NCBI GenBank assembly: GCA_016871595.1
Contig: VHCY01000001.1
Location: forward strand, 6,870-70,869
DNA: 64,000 nucleotides
Direction of reading: 5' to 3'
Origin: Verrucomicrobiota bacterium
Lineage (GTDB): Bacteria; Verrucomicrobiota; Verrucomicrobiia; Opitutales; Opitutaceae
Shown here: in pieces, positions 1-9,376 of the stretch
How the letters are laid out: every line of letters begins with the position of its first letter
Numbering within the stretch: the stretch's first letter is position 1
Notes under the pieces: model-generated
The model's input: the letters and a program-made list of their open reading frames with translations, nothing else
Told to the model about the DNA's origin: nothing
Databases searched by the model: none
Translations under genes and position numbers: made by a program

Positions 1-2
1 CC

Positions 3-614
3 GTGACGCCCGCTCCCGCCGGGCTCATCCTCGCCTCCGCCTCCCCGCGGCGGCAGGAACTGCTGGCCCGCCTTGGCCTGCCCTTCACCGTCGTCGTGGC
101 CCGCGTCACCGAGGACGAGACCCCCGATGCCGATCCCCGCCGCCTGGTCGCGCACAACGCCGCCCTCAAGGCCGCTTGGGTCGCCGCCCGCTTCCCCGCC
201 GCGACCGTCCTCGGGGCGGACACCACCGTCTGCCTCGACGGCCACGTGCTGAACAAGCCCGCGGACGCCGCCGAGGCCCGTGCGATGCTCCGGCGGCTCA
301 GCGGACGGGCCCACACGGTCCACACCGGCCTCGCCCTGCGCCGCGGCCGGGATAGCCTCGCCCTCGAGGCGGTGGTCGACAGCACGGTCCGCTTCCGCGC
401 CCTCGATGAGGCGACGATCGAGGCCTACCTGGCCAAGGTCCACACCCTCGACAAGGCGGGTGGCTACGCCATCCAGGAACACCCCGAACTGATCATCACG
501 GGTTATGAGGGCTCCCTGACGAACATTGTCGGCCTGCCGCTGTCGGAGACGAAACAGATTTTGACCCGCGCCGGCCTCGCCCCAGACTTTTCCGCTTCCG
601 GCCCGTCCCTGTGA
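3..614 (+). CDS. maf: Maf/YhdE-family nucleoside triphosphate pyrophosphatase
   Basis: LILASASPRRQELL start, GADTTV, NKPAD, DKAGGYAIQ and NIVGLP motifs; start is at the window edge. Confidence 0.93.
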   Translation: MTPAPAGLILASASPRRQELLARLGLPFTVVVARVTEDETPDADPRRLVAHNAALKAAWVAARFPAATVLGADTTVCLDGHVLNKPADAAEARAMLRRLSGRAHTVHTGLALRRGRDSLALEAVVDSTVRFRALDEATIEAYLAKVHTLDKAGGYAIQEHPELIITGYEGSLTNIVGLPLSETKQILTRAGLAPDFSASGPSL

Positions 615-618
615 ACCG

Positions 619-1746
619 ATGATGACGAGCGATACCATCCTGCGGCCCCCGCCGCTGACCGTGCTGCGGCGCGCCGTGGCCCGGGGCGTGCGGGATCCGG
701 ATACCCGCTCGGTGCTGATCGGCCTCGCCGGGGTCGTCCTCATCCACCTGCTGCTCTGGCTGCTCGGGCCCGCGGTGCTCCGCTTCGAGGCCGTGCCGGT
801 GACGGCCCGCCCGGAGTCGACGGAGCGGAATTTCTCGATCGAGTTGGAGCCGGAGGTCCAGGTGCAACCCCAGCCGAAGCCCGCGGACCCCTTCCGCTTC
901 GTGGAGACCAATCCCGAGGCGCCGGAGAACGTGCCGGACAAGACGAACAACTTCGCCGCCCAGAACCAGCAGGTCGCCCAGGAGAAGCCCACGCCCGAGG
1001 GCCGCAGCGACCGCCCCGCGCTCGAGGGCCGCACCGACATCGAGTCCACCCAGATCGTGAGCGGCCGGCTGACGCAGCCGCAGGAGTTCACCCCGGCCCC
1101 GCCGCCCCCGACGGAGGCCCCGCCCGCCCCTGAGGTGGTCGCGGCTCCCCGGCGCGAACAGAACCCCCTTTCCGGCGTGGAAAAGGTCGAGGGCGACAAC
1201 CGCGAGGGCTACGGCAGCAGTCTCGCCAAGCGCTTGGACCGCGCCGAGGCCGTGCCGGAACGCGTGGAGGGCACCAAGGAAGGGGAGGGCGCGACCGCCC
1301 AACCCGCCCCGCGGCCGGCGATCGACCCCCGCCGCCCGCAGCCCCGGCCGCAACTGGTCAAGACCATCCAGACCCGCCCGGCGATCCTCGCGGAAAACAA
1401 GTTCGGCACCACCAACATCGGCCCCACGGCCGTCGACGCCCGCTGGAGCAACTATGGCGCCTACCTCCAGCGGATGATCGATTCGGTGCAGATCCAATGG
1501 GAGCGCATCGTTATCGAGCAGAAGGCCAATCCGGTCGGCGGCAGCTCCGTCACGGTCAAGTTCGTGATGAATGACGAGGGCCGCATCGTGGACATCGGGG
1601 TCGAGAACTCGACCGCGAACGACACCGCGACCCGCGCCTGCGTGAGCGCGATCACCGACCGGATGCCCTACGGTCCCTGGACCGACGATATGAAGGCGGT
1701 GCTCGGGGACCGGCAGCAGATGACGTTCACGTTCTACTACCAGTGA
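619..1746 (+). CDS. TonB/TolA-like membrane-anchored protein (TM helix, Pro-rich linker, TonB C-terminal-like domain)
   Basis: N-terminal hydrophobic helix with His (GVVLIHLLLW), long P/E/Q-rich linker, C-terminal beta-alpha-beta domain (VTVKFVMNDEGRIVDIGVENS). Confidence 0.6.
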   Translation: MMTSDTILRPPPLTVLRRAVARGVRDPDTRSVLIGLAGVVLIHLLLWLLGPAVLRFEAVPVTARPESTERNFSIELEPEVQVQPQPKPADPFRFVETNPEAPENVPDKTNNFAAQNQQVAQEKPTPEGRSDRPALEGRTDIESTQIVSGRLTQPQEFTPAPPPPTEAPPAPEVVAAPRREQNPLSGVEKVEGDNREGYGSSLAKRLDRAEAVPERVEGTKEGEGATAQPAPRPAIDPRRPQPRPQLVKTIQTRPAILAENKFGTTNIGPTAVDARWSNYGAYLQRMIDSVQIQWERIVIEQKANPVGGSSVTVKFVMNDEGRIVDIGVENSTANDTATRACVSAITDRMPYGPWTDDMKAVLGDRQQMTFTFYYQ

Positions 1747-2501
1747 GCGGCTTGCCGGACACCTCCGACCTGCCCCTAGGCCGCGGCGTCACGCTCCTCC
1801 ACGTGGATGCGCAGGGGTTGCTCGCCTTCGCCAAGCCGGCCGGACTGCTCTCCCATCCCAACGAACCCGGGGATGAACCGCGCTCCACGCTCCGGGCCCG
1901 CTACGATCTGGAGGCCGAGGCCTACGAGTGGGAGTCGCCCGCGGGTGGCCCGTTGCGCCGCTGCTGGCTGCTCAACCGGATCGACTCCGCCACCTCGGGC
2001 GTGCTGCTCGGGTGCCTGCGGCAGGATCTCGCGGTCGAGATCCGGGCCCAGTTCCGCCGCAAACAGGTCCGGAAGGTGTATTTCGCCCTCGTCTTCGGCG
2101 CCCCCCGCGCCCCGCTCGAGCTCTGGCGCGACCTGCTGGCGGTGGAGCGCCGGGAGGGCCGGGTGCGCACCTCCGCCCGCGCGGGCAACATCCCCGCCGA
2201 GTGCCGGATGAGCGTCGCGCGCCGGGGCCTGGGCGAACCGCGCCTGACCCTCCTGCGGCTCGAGCCCCGCACCGGCCGCAGCCACCAATTGCGGGTGCAG
2301 TGCGCGCAACGCGGCCTGCCCATCGTCGGCGACCAGACCTACGGTGATTTCCCGCGGAACCGCGAGTTCGCCCGCAGCTCCGGCACGCGCCGGCTCTTCC
2401 TCCACGCCTCCGAGACCACCTTCGAGTACCAGTGGGCGGGCGCGCCCCATTCCTTTGCCGCCCGCGCGCCCGTGCCGCCCGAGTTCGAGCAGGCCCTCTG
2501 A
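1743..2501 (+). CDS. RluA-family RNA pseudouridine synthase
   Basis: KPAGLLSHP, NRIDSATSGV (catalytic Asp), TGRSHQLRV, PIVGDQTYG, LFLHA motifs; GTGA overlap with upstream stop. Confidence 0.92.
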   Translation: MSGLPDTSDLPLGRGVTLLHVDAQGLLAFAKPAGLLSHPNEPGDEPRSTLRARYDLEAEAYEWESPAGGPLRRCWLLNRIDSATSGVLLGCLRQDLAVEIRAQFRRKQVRKVYFALVFGAPRAPLELWRDLLAVERREGRVRTSARAGNIPAECRMSVARRGLGEPRLTLLRLEPRTGRSHQLRVQCAQRGLPIVGDQTYGDFPRNREFARSSGTRRLFLHASETTFEYQWAGAPHSFAARAPVPPEFEQAL

Positions 2502-2573
2502 CGGAACCCCGCCCCGGGGCGGCCGCGAAAATCCGGTTTGTCCTCCGGCCCCGCGCGGCCCAAATCTCCGGGG

Positions 2574-3617
2574 ATGATCTTGCCCAAGTCCAACCGCCTG
2601 ACGCCGGCCCAGCTCGCCGAGGTCACCGGGATCGTCGCCGAATTCGGCTGCACCATCCAGCCGATCATCGGCGCCCTGCGCACGATCTACGCGATCGTGG
2701 GGGACGAGCGGGATGACCTAATGATCAACCGGCTCGAGGGTCTCGATTACGTCGAGCGCATCGACCGCATCCAGTCGCCGTTCAAGCTGATGGACAAGCG
2801 CTCGGACCTCGCCAGTCACCGCATCCGGCTCGGGGGCGTGACCCTCGGCGAGGAACTCTTCGTGATCGCCGGGCCCTGCACCATCGACCCGAAGAACCCG
2901 AATTACTTCTACGAGAGCGCCGCCGCGGTGAAGGAGGCCGGCGCCCAGATGATCCGCGGCGGGGTCTGGAAGCCGCGCACCAACCCGTACACCTTCCAGG
3001 GCGATACCCGCTCGATGGACATCCTGCTGGAAGGCTCCCGGCGCACCGGCCTCCCGGTCGACACCGAGGTGATGGAGGAAGCCCACATCGGCGTGGCCCT
3101 CGAGGCGGGCGTGACCTGCCTCCAGGTCGGCGCGCGCAATGCCCTCAATTACTCCCTGCTCCGCGCCATCGGCCGCGCCGTGGCCGGCCGCGAGACGGCC
3201 GTCCTGCTCAAGCGCAGCATCCATATGGGCCCGGTGAACGAGTTCATCTCGGCCGCCGAGTACATCGCCGCCTTCGGCAACCCCAACATCCTGCTTTGCC
3301 CCCGCGGCACCGCCCCGGGGCTCGACGGGTACCGCAATCATCCCGACGAGAGCATCACGCCGCTGCTGAAGGAGAAGACCTGGGCGCCCGTGGTGGTCGA
3401 CCCCTCCCATTCCGTGGGTAAGGCGGCCTACGTGCCCGCCAGCGCCCTCGCGGCGGTGGCCTACGGGGCCGACGGGCTGTGCCTCGAGGCGCACGTCAGC
3501 CCCAGCCACGGCATCGGCGACGATCCCAAGCAGGCGCTCACGCCCGAGGGGCTGGCCGAGACGATCCGGCAGGCGCGCGCCCTCTGGCGGCTGCGCCGCG
3601 GCCTCACAGCAGGCTGA
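2574..3617 (+). CDS. aroF: DAHP synthase, class I-beta, with N-terminal regulatory domain
   Basis: IAGPC, RGGVWKPRT, QVGARNA, VDPSH motifs; ATG 2574 chosen as start. Confidence 0.9.
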   Translation: MILPKSNRLTPAQLAEVTGIVAEFGCTIQPIIGALRTIYAIVGDERDDLMINRLEGLDYVERIDRIQSPFKLMDKRSDLASHRIRLGGVTLGEELFVIAGPCTIDPKNPNYFYESAAAVKEAGAQMIRGGVWKPRTNPYTFQGDTRSMDILLEGSRRTGLPVDTEVMEEAHIGVALEAGVTCLQVGARNALNYSLLRAIGRAVAGRETAVLLKRSIHMGPVNEFISAAEYIAAFGNPNILLCPRGTAPGLDGYRNHPDESITPLLKEKTWAPVVVDPSHSVGKAAYVPASALAAVAYGADGLCLEAHVSPSHGIGDDPKQALTPEGLAETIRQARALWRLRRGLTAG

Positions 3618-6162
3618 GCTGGGGATCGTCCGCCGCCGCCACCCGCAGCTTCCGGCGCGGGCGCACCTCCGGGGCCGGCAACTCGACATCCGGGTTCTCG
3701 CCCTCGAGCCGGCCGAGGATCGTCCGCGCCCGCGCGATCACCGTGGGCGGCAGCCCCGCGAGCCGCGCGACCTGGATGCCGTAGCTGCGGTCCGCCGCCC
3801 CGGGCACGATCCGCCGAACGAACAGGATCTCATCGTTCCACTCCTTCACCGCCACGGAGAAGTTCCGCAGGCGCGGCAGGTGTCGCTCCAGCTGGGTCAG
3901 TTCCTGGTAATGGGTCGCGAACAGGGTCCGCGGGCCCCGCTCCGGGCCCTGGTGCAGGTGCTCGACCACCGCCCACGCGATGGCCAGGCCGTCGTAGGTC
4001 GAGGTGCCCCGGCCGATCTCGTCGAGGATGATCAGCGAGCGCTCGGTCGCGTGGTTGAGGATGTTCGCGGTCTCGTTCATCTCGACCATAAAGGTCGAAT
4101 TGCCCCGGGCCAGGTCGTCGCTCGCCCCCACGCGGGAGAAGATCCGGTCCACCAGCCCGACCCGGCACCGGCGCGCCGGCACCCAGCAGCCGATCTGCGC
4201 GAGCAAGGTGATCAGGGCCACCTGCCGGATGTAGGTCGATTTGCCCGCCATATTCGGTCCCGTGAGCAGCATCAGCTGCGCCTCGTCCGCCCGCAGCGCG
4301 GTGTCGTTCGGCACGAAGCCCGCCGTGCCCCCGAGCCCCACGGCCGCGTCCGGGGCCCGCAACACCTGCTCCACGACTGGATGCCGCCCCTCCGTGATCT
4401 CGAGCTCCTCGCCCTCGTCGAGCTCGGGCCGGCAATAGTCCCACTCCCGGGCCAGCAACGCCCAGCCGGCCAGCACGTCCAGCTCCGCCAGCGTCTCGGC
4501 GGTCCGCATCAGGGCCAGGGCCTCGTCCAGCACGGCCGCGACGAGGGCGGAGAAGAGCTCCAGCTCCCGCGCCTGCGCCCCCTCCTCGGCGTGAAAGATC
4601 TCCTTCTCCTTGGCCCGCAACGCCTCGGTGACGTACCGCTCGCCGCCCACGGTGGTCTGCCGGCGGATGTAGTCGGCGGGCACCAGGTGCAGGTTCGCCT
4701 TGGTCACCTCGATGTAGTACCCGAAGTTCTGGGTGAAACGCACCTTCAGGCTGCGGATGCCGGTGCGCTCCTGCTCCGCGCGCTCCAGGTCCGAGAGCCA
4801 GGTGCGGTTGCCGCTGGTCAGCGCCCGCAGGCGGTCCAGCTCCGCATCGTGCCCGGCCCGGATGAAGTTGCCGTCGGCGAGGTCGTTCGGGAGCTCCTCG
4901 GCCAGCCCGCGGCGGAGCAGGTCGAGCAACACCGGCTGCTCGGTGAGGGCCTCCGCGGCCCCCGCGAGCGGCGATTCCGGGCCAAAGGTCGCCAGCACCG
5001 CCCGCAGGCCCGGCAGGCGCTCCAGGGTGTCGCGGATGCCGCCCAGCTCCCGGGGATTGCGCAACCGGTTCTGGAGGCGGCCCAGGATCCGCGGGATGTC
5101 GCGCACCGCCTGCAGGAGCTCGTGGAGCTCGCCGAGGCGCAGCGGCTGGGCCAGGAGGTCGCCGACGATCGCCTGGCGCCGCCGGATCTCCGGCAGATCC
5201 AGGGTGGGCGCGGCCAGCCAGCGCTCCAGCAGCCGCGCGCCGGAGGCGGTGGCGGTGCGGTTGACGGCCTGGAGCAGGGAACCTTCCCGCGAACCCCGGC
5301 TGGAGCTGAAGATCTCGAGGTTGCGCAGGGTCGCGGGATCGAGGAGCAGCGCCCGCCCGCTCCGGTACTCCTGCAACCGGGTGAGGTTCTCCGGCCGCGC
5401 CCGGAGATTCTCGGTCACGTACTGCACCAGCGCGCCCGCGGGCCCCAGTCCGGGGTGGTCCGCGCTGAGCCCGAAGCCCTCGAGGTTCAGCACGCGCAGG
5501 GCGTCCGTGACCGCCCGGGCGCCCGCCCGCGGGTCAAAGTGGTAGCCGGGCAGTTCCGAGACCAGCCGCTCGGCCGCGAACGCGTGCAGGGCCCGCAGCC
5601 CCGCCTCCTCGGCCGGCGCCGCCGCCCAGCGCTCCCGCTCCCCCTCAATCACCAGCAGTTCGGCCGGCGCGAGGGCGGTCAGCACGGGCAGCAGGTTCGC
5701 CGGCCGGGCGTCGGTCGCGACGCGGAACTCGCCCGTCGAGAGGTCGAGCCACGCCGCGTGCAGGCCCGCGCGGTCCGCCACCACGGCCGCGAGGTAGTGG
5801 TTGCGCCCCGCCTCCATCTGGCCGGGCGCCAGGGTGGTGCCCGGGGAGAGGATGCGCGTGAGCTGGCGGCGCACCAGCTTGCCCGCCTTGGCCGGCTCCG
5901 CCTGGTCGCAGAGGGCCACCTTGCGGCCGGCGGCGAGCAGCTTGGTCACGTACCCATCCGCCGCGTGCGCCGGCAGTCCCGCCATCGGCACGTCGTTCCG
6001 GCGGGTCAAGGTCAGGCCCAGCAGCCGGGAAGCCGTCACGGCGTCCTCAAAGAACAGCTCGAAGAAATCCCCCAGCCGGAAGAGCAGCAGGGTGTCCTTC
6101 GGCAGGCCGCGGCGGACCTCGAAGTACTGCTGCATCATGGGCGTGAGCTTCGCGTCCGACAT
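3604..6162 (-). CDS. mutS: DNA mismatch repair protein MutS
   Basis: LTPMMQQY, GDFFELF, TGPNMAGKST Walker A, STFMVEM, DEIGRGTST; C-terminal QLSLL beta-clamp motif. Confidence 0.98.
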   Translation of the reverse strand: MSDAKLTPMMQQYFEVRRGLPKDTLLLFRLGDFFELFFEDAVTASRLLGLTLTRRNDVPMAGLPAHAADGYVTKLLAAGRKVALCDQAEPAKAGKLVRRQLTRILSPGTTLAPGQMEAGRNHYLAAVVADRAGLHAAWLDLSTGEFRVATDARPANLLPVLTALAPAELLVIEGERERWAAAPAEEAGLRALHAFAAERLVSELPGYHFDPRAGARAVTDALRVLNLEGFGLSADHPGLGPAGALVQYVTENLRARPENLTRLQEYRSGRALLLDPATLRNLEIFSSSRGSREGSLLQAVNRTATASGARLLERWLAAPTLDLPEIRRRQAIVGDLLAQPLRLGELHELLQAVRDIPRILGRLQNRLRNPRELGGIRDTLERLPGLRAVLATFGPESPLAGAAEALTEQPVLLDLLRRGLAEELPNDLADGNFIRAGHDAELDRLRALTSGNRTWLSDLERAEQERTGIRSLKVRFTQNFGYYIEVTKANLHLVPADYIRRQTTVGGERYVTEALRAKEKEIFHAEEGAQARELELFSALVAAVLDEALALMRTAETLAELDVLAGWALLAREWDYCRPELDEGEELEITEGRHPVVEQVLRAPDAAVGLGGTAGFVPNDTALRADEAQLMLLTGPNMAGKSTYIRQVALITLLAQIGCWVPARRCRVGLVDRIFSRVGASDDLARGNSTFMVEMNETANILNHATERSLIILDEIGRGTSTYDGLAIAWAVVEHLHQGPERGPRTLFATHYQELTQLERHLPRLRNFSVAVKEWNDEILFVRRIVPGAADRSYGIQVARLAGLPPTVIARARTILGRLEGENPDVELPAPEVRPRRKLRVAAADDPQLSLL

Positions 6163-6230
6163 CCGGCCGAGACGAAGGACGCGACGGCCCGGAGGCAAGC
6201 TCCGGTCCGACCCGGAAACCCGGGGTCAGA

Positions 6231-7667
6231 TCAGCGCGCCGCAGGGAGGCGCAGGGGGCGGGGATCCGCGACCCAGCCGGCCGGACGCTGGCCCCGGCCG
6301 GGGCGATCGGTGTCCCCGAGCTCCACGCGCGCCGCGGCGGCCGCCCGCTCAAGCCGGGCGACGATCTCGGGCCGTTGCGCGTGGAGGTCCTCGGTTTCCC
6401 CGGGGTCCCGCGCCACGTCAAACAGCTGGGCCTTCCGCGGCCCGCCCGCCTTGCCGACGGTGCCCGTCGCCCGCGCCCCGAGCGCGAGGTGCAGCTTCCA
6501 CGGGCCGGAACGCACGGCCTGCAGCTGCTCGCCGTAGTAATAGAAAAAGGCCTCGTGCGGGCTGCGGGCGCCCGGTTCCCCCGCGAGCAGCGGCCAGACG
6601 TCGCGCCCGTCAATGGCCGCGGCGGGCGGCCTGCCCCCGGCGAGGCGGACGAAGGTCGGCAGGACATCCATCAGCGTGGTGAGCTCCGCGCATTCGCGCC
6701 CGGCCGGCACGCGCCCCGGGGCCCAGACGATCCCGGGCACGCGCATCCCGCCCTCGCTCGTGGTGTAACCCCAGCCGCCGAGGGGGCGGTTGCTGCCCTG
6801 CACGGGTTCGCGGCGCGGGGCCCCGTTGTCCGAGGTCCACAGCACAAGGGTGTGCTCCGCCAGGCCCGCCTCACGGACGGCCGCGAGGATCTGCCCCGCC
6901 GCCCAGTCCAGCTCCTCGACCGCGTCGCCCCACGGACCATTGCGGGAATGCCCGCGGAAGGCCGGGCTGGAGTACGGCGCCCGGGTGCTGCCCGGCATCG
7001 CGTGGGCCACATACAGGAAGAACGGACGTTCCCGGTGTTCCCGGATGAAGCGCACCGCCGCCTCCGCCTCGCGCCGGGTGAGGTGGTCGCGGTCGACCGG
7101 GGCCTCGATGACCTCCTCGTTCCGCAACAACGGCAGATCCGGCCACGGCTGGCCCTCCCGCGGCGTCATATCGTCGCTGTAGGGCACGCCGAGATAGGAC
7201 TCGAAACCCTGCCGCGTGGGCAGGAACGGCGCCTGATCGCCGAGGTGCCACTTGCCGATCATCGCCGTCGCGTAGCCGCGCGCCCGCAGCAACTCGGCGA
7301 TGGTCTCCTCCGCGGGATGCAGCCCGATCGGCTCAACCGGTTGCAGCACGGCCCCGCCCCGCGCGTTGCGGTGCAGGTTCACCCGGCGAGGATACGAGCC
7401 CGTCATCAGGGCCGCGCGCGAGGGCGTGCAGACGCCACTGGCGGCATAGAGGTGGGTGAGGCGCATCCCCTCGCGCGCCATCCGGTCGAGCTCCGGCGTG
7501 CGGTGCACGGTCGGGCCGAAGGGCGCGGTGTCGCCGTAGCCGAGATTGTCGCACAGCAGCACGATCAGGTTCGGCGGGCGCGGCACCGGGCCGGCCGCGC
7601 GCCCCGGCGAGCCAGCCACCAGCACGGCCAACAGGAGCGCGGCGAAGGCGCGCGGAGACCGGGGCAC
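6231..7667 (-). CDS. Arylsulfatase (formylglycine-dependent), secreted
   Basis: PNLIVLLCDNLGYGD, CTPSRAALMTG (CxPxR), GKWHLG; signal peptide after GTG 7667 (ORF open to 7754). Confidence 0.92.
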   Translation of the reverse strand: MPRSPRAFAALLLAVLVAGSPGRAAGPVPRPPNLIVLLCDNLGYGDTAPFGPTVHRTPELDRMAREGMRLTHLYAASGVCTPSRAALMTGSYPRRVNLHRNARGGAVLQPVEPIGLHPAEETIAELLRARGYATAMIGKWHLGDQAPFLPTRQGFESYLGVPYSDDMTPREGQPWPDLPLLRNEEVIEAPVDRDHLTRREAEAAVRFIREHRERPFFLYVAHAMPGSTRAPYSSPAFRGHSRNGPWGDAVEELDWAAGQILAAVREAGLAEHTLVLWTSDNGAPRREPVQGSNRPLGGWGYTTSEGGMRVPGIVWAPGRVPAGRECAELTTLMDVLPTFVRLAGGRPPAAAIDGRDVWPLLAGEPGARSPHEAFFYYYGEQLQAVRSGPWKLHLALGARATGTVGKAGGPRKAQLFDVARDPGETEDLHAQRPEIVARLERAAAAARVELGDTDRPGRGQRPAGWVADPRPLRLPAAR

Positions 7668-7864
7668 GCGGAAATCCGGGGGTCTGCTTCCACCGGAGGG
7701 GCAGGGCGAGGAAAGCACGCCGGGAGCCTGGCCGAGGGCGGCGCGCCGGGTCAAGGGGCGCTCGGCGGTCCGCGCCCCAGGTCACGTTCCCGTGGCGGCC
7801 GCACATTACGTTCGACAGCCGCGGTCCGCCGGCTAGTTGTTCACCAATTATTCACACCCTACCG

Positions 7865-9376
7865 ATGGAACAAATGCGTGGGGCGGAAGCCCCGGTCTCG
7901 CGGTTCAAGGTCTCGGCCAAGGTGAAGACGTTCGTCCTCGATACGAATGTCCTCCTCCACGATCCCCAGTGCATCCTGAAGTTTCAGGACAACAACCTGG
8001 CGATCCCGGTGGAGGTCCTCGAGGAGCTCGACGCCATCAAGGGCGAGCAGTCCACGGAGCGCGGCCGCAACGCGCGGCGCGTGCACCGGATGCTGCAGGA
8101 ACTGCTCCCCGACACCCGCTCGATGCACGAGGGCGTCGAGCTCGAGACCGGCGGCACGCTCTCCATCATCATCAACCCCTACCTGCTCAACCCGGGACAC
8201 TGGTCGCCGGCGATGGACCGGTTGCGGGCGATCCTGCCGGACCTCACCAAGAAGGACAATCGCATCCTCGCCTGCGCGCTGTTCGTGCAGGAGCGCTTCC
8301 CGCCCCCGACGATCCTCGTCACCAAGGACGTCAACGTGCAGCTGAAGGCCCGCGCGGTCGGGCTCGAGTCCCAGGACTATCTCAACGACAAGGTCCCCGC
8401 GACCGACGACGAGGCCAGCTACCGCGAGGTGGCGCTCGACCAGTACGAGCTGCAGCGCTTCTGCTCCGAGGGCGCGTACGCCCTGCCGTCCTCCGCCGCG
8501 GCCCCGCTGGTCCTCAACGAGTACGTGCTGCTGCGCTCCCCGGAGGGCAAGACGATGCCCGCGCGGCACTACGGCGAGGGCGTCGTCCGCCGCCTCAAGC
8601 TGCCCGATTTCGTCAAGGCTCCCGGCGGCATCCCCATCCGCGCGCGCAACCTCGAGCAGCAGTTCCTGATGGACGCCCTGCTCGACGAGAGCCTCTCGCT
8701 CATCACGTGCTTCGGCAAGGCCGGCACCGGCAAGACCCTCCTCTCGACCGCCTGCGCGCTGCACCAGCTGCAAGATGATCACTGCCGGTACGACGGGCTC
8801 TCGATTTCCCGGCCCATCATCAGCCTCGGCAAGGACCTCGGGTTCCTGCCTGGCTCGCTGGAGGAGAAGATGCGCCCGTGGCTGCAGCCGTACCACGACG
8901 CGCTGGAGGTCCTCATCCCCTCGAAGCCGCCCAAGGATCCCCAGTTCGCGGCCAAGAAGGTCACGCGGCGAAAGGGCAAGCGGCAGGAGATTCCGCCAAC
9001 CCCCTCCCCGGCGCCGACCGGCGCGCCGGGCGCCCTCCTCAAGCCCTACGAACGCCTGCTGCGCAGCGGCCTGGTGGAGATCGAGGCGCTCGCCTTCATT
9101 CGCGGCCGCTCGATCGCGCGGCGATTCTTCATCCTCGACGAGGCCCAGCAACTCACGCCGCACGAGGTCAAGACGGTCATCACGCGCATCAGCGAGGGCT
9201 CCAAGATCGTGCTGATCGGGGACCCCGCGCAGATCGACAACCCCTACGTCGACGCCCGCAGCAACGGCCTAGTCTACTGCCACAACCGGATGAAGGGCCA
9301 GCCCCTCGCGGCCCACGTGAAGCTGACGAAGGGCGAGCGCTCCCGCCTCGCCGAACTGGCCGCGGACCTGCTCTAA
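7865..9376 (+). CDS. PIN-domain PhoH-family ATPase (PhoH2/YlaK-like)
   Basis: FVLDTNVLLHDP PIN start, GKAGTGKT Walker A, FIRGRS, LDEAQQ, GDPAQID, RSRLAELAA. Confidence 0.93.
   Translation: MEQMRGAEAPVSRFKVSAKVKTFVLDTNVLLHDPQCILKFQDNNLAIPVEVLEELDAIKGEQSTERGRNARRVHRMLQELLPDTRSMHEGVELETGGTLSIIINPYLLNPGHWSPAMDRLRAILPDLTKKDNRILACALFVQERFPPPTILVTKDVNVQLKARAVGLESQDYLNDKVPATDDEASYREVALDQYELQRFCSEGAYALPSSAAAPLVLNEYVLLRSPEGKTMPARHYGEGVVRRLKLPDFVKAPGGIPIRARNLEQQFLMDALLDESLSLITCFGKAGTGKTLLSTACALHQLQDDHCRYDGLSISRPIISLGKDLGFLPGSLEEKMRPWLQPYHDALEVLIPSKPPKDPQFAAKKVTRRKGKRQEIPPTPSPAPTGAPGALLKPYERLLRSGLVEIEALAFIRGRSIARRFFILDEAQQLTPHEVKTVITRISEGSKIVLIGDPAQIDNPYVDARSNGLVYCHNRMKGQPLAAHVKLTKGERSRLAELAADLL

Noticed and set aside
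3880-6537. 885-aa plus-strand ORF and similar long ORFs (8878-11337 +, 16394-18370 +, 25905-27812 +, 32252-34507 -, 54009-55730 +)
   Set aside because: They are antisense shadows of clearly identified genes (mutS, SNF2, ffh, icd, bamA, sulfatase). High GC and codon bias suppress stops on the opposite strand, and the translations show no motifs.
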